DNA from: Pseudomonadales bacterium
GTDB taxonomy: Bacteria > Patescibacteriota > Microgenomatia > UBA1400 > PJMF01
Reading direction: 5' to 3'
DNA: 64,000 nt
Assembly: GCA_020632235.1 (NCBI GenBank)
Contig: JACKFY010000002.1
Span: 163,954-227,953, forward strand
Below, piece by piece: positions 63,968 through 64,000 of the stretch. Both the position numbers and the translations under genes were made by a program. A model generated the notes under the pieces. That model did no database searches, was not told the DNA's origin, and saw nothing but the letters and a program-made list of their open reading frames with translations. Position 1 is the first letter of the stretch. Every line of letters starts with the position of its first letter.

Positions 63968-64000
63968 TTGCTGGCGGTTTGCTCCTCTGCTTGACCACTC

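Overview
The window is a gene-dense 64-kb chromosomal segment with about 95 protein genes and one tRNA. It uses the standard genetic code (TGA appears as a stop) and looks roughly 50% GC by eye. Most of the content is housekeeping: ribosomal proteins L28 (rpmB), S6-SSB-S18 (rpsF-ssb-rpsR) and L31 (rpmE), fmt and def, topA, dprA, recR, cysS, glmS, prfA, ychF, hpf, and the proteases ctpA and htrA. A rod-shape operon mreB-mreC-mreD-mrdA and an LPXTG sortase substrate point to a Gram-positive-type envelope. There is a carotenoid/isoprenoid operon: crtI, a lycopene-cyclase-domain protein, crtB, a GGPP-synthase-like prenyltransferase, isopentenyl phosphate kinase and uppS. A thymidylate-synthesis cluster holds thyA, dcd, a DHFR-like gene, dut and tmk. 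Small proteins and repeated toxin-antitoxin modules suggest a small-genome lineage, possibly Patescibacteria/Saccharibacteria-like; this is inference only. Unusual features: (1) an orphan 876-aa P-loop (Walker A/B) NTPase with its own strong promoter, between rpmB and fmt; (2) one tRNA-Trp plus three tRNA-Trp fragments fused to CCCCGATG hairpins; (3) a family of GC-rich palindromic hairpin mosaic repeats in many intergenic regions, one inserted in-frame inside ychF, and an inverted pair flanking prfA; (4) four promoters with (AG)5-7 tracts in the -35/-10 spacer, including a duplicated small-gene cassette whose two copies differ by exactly two AG units (13- versus 17-nt spacer); (5) at least 10 type II TA modules (VapBC, Phd-PIN, RelE/ParE, BrnTA); (6) a pair of 35-bp direct repeats with CRISPR-like spacing but only two units.
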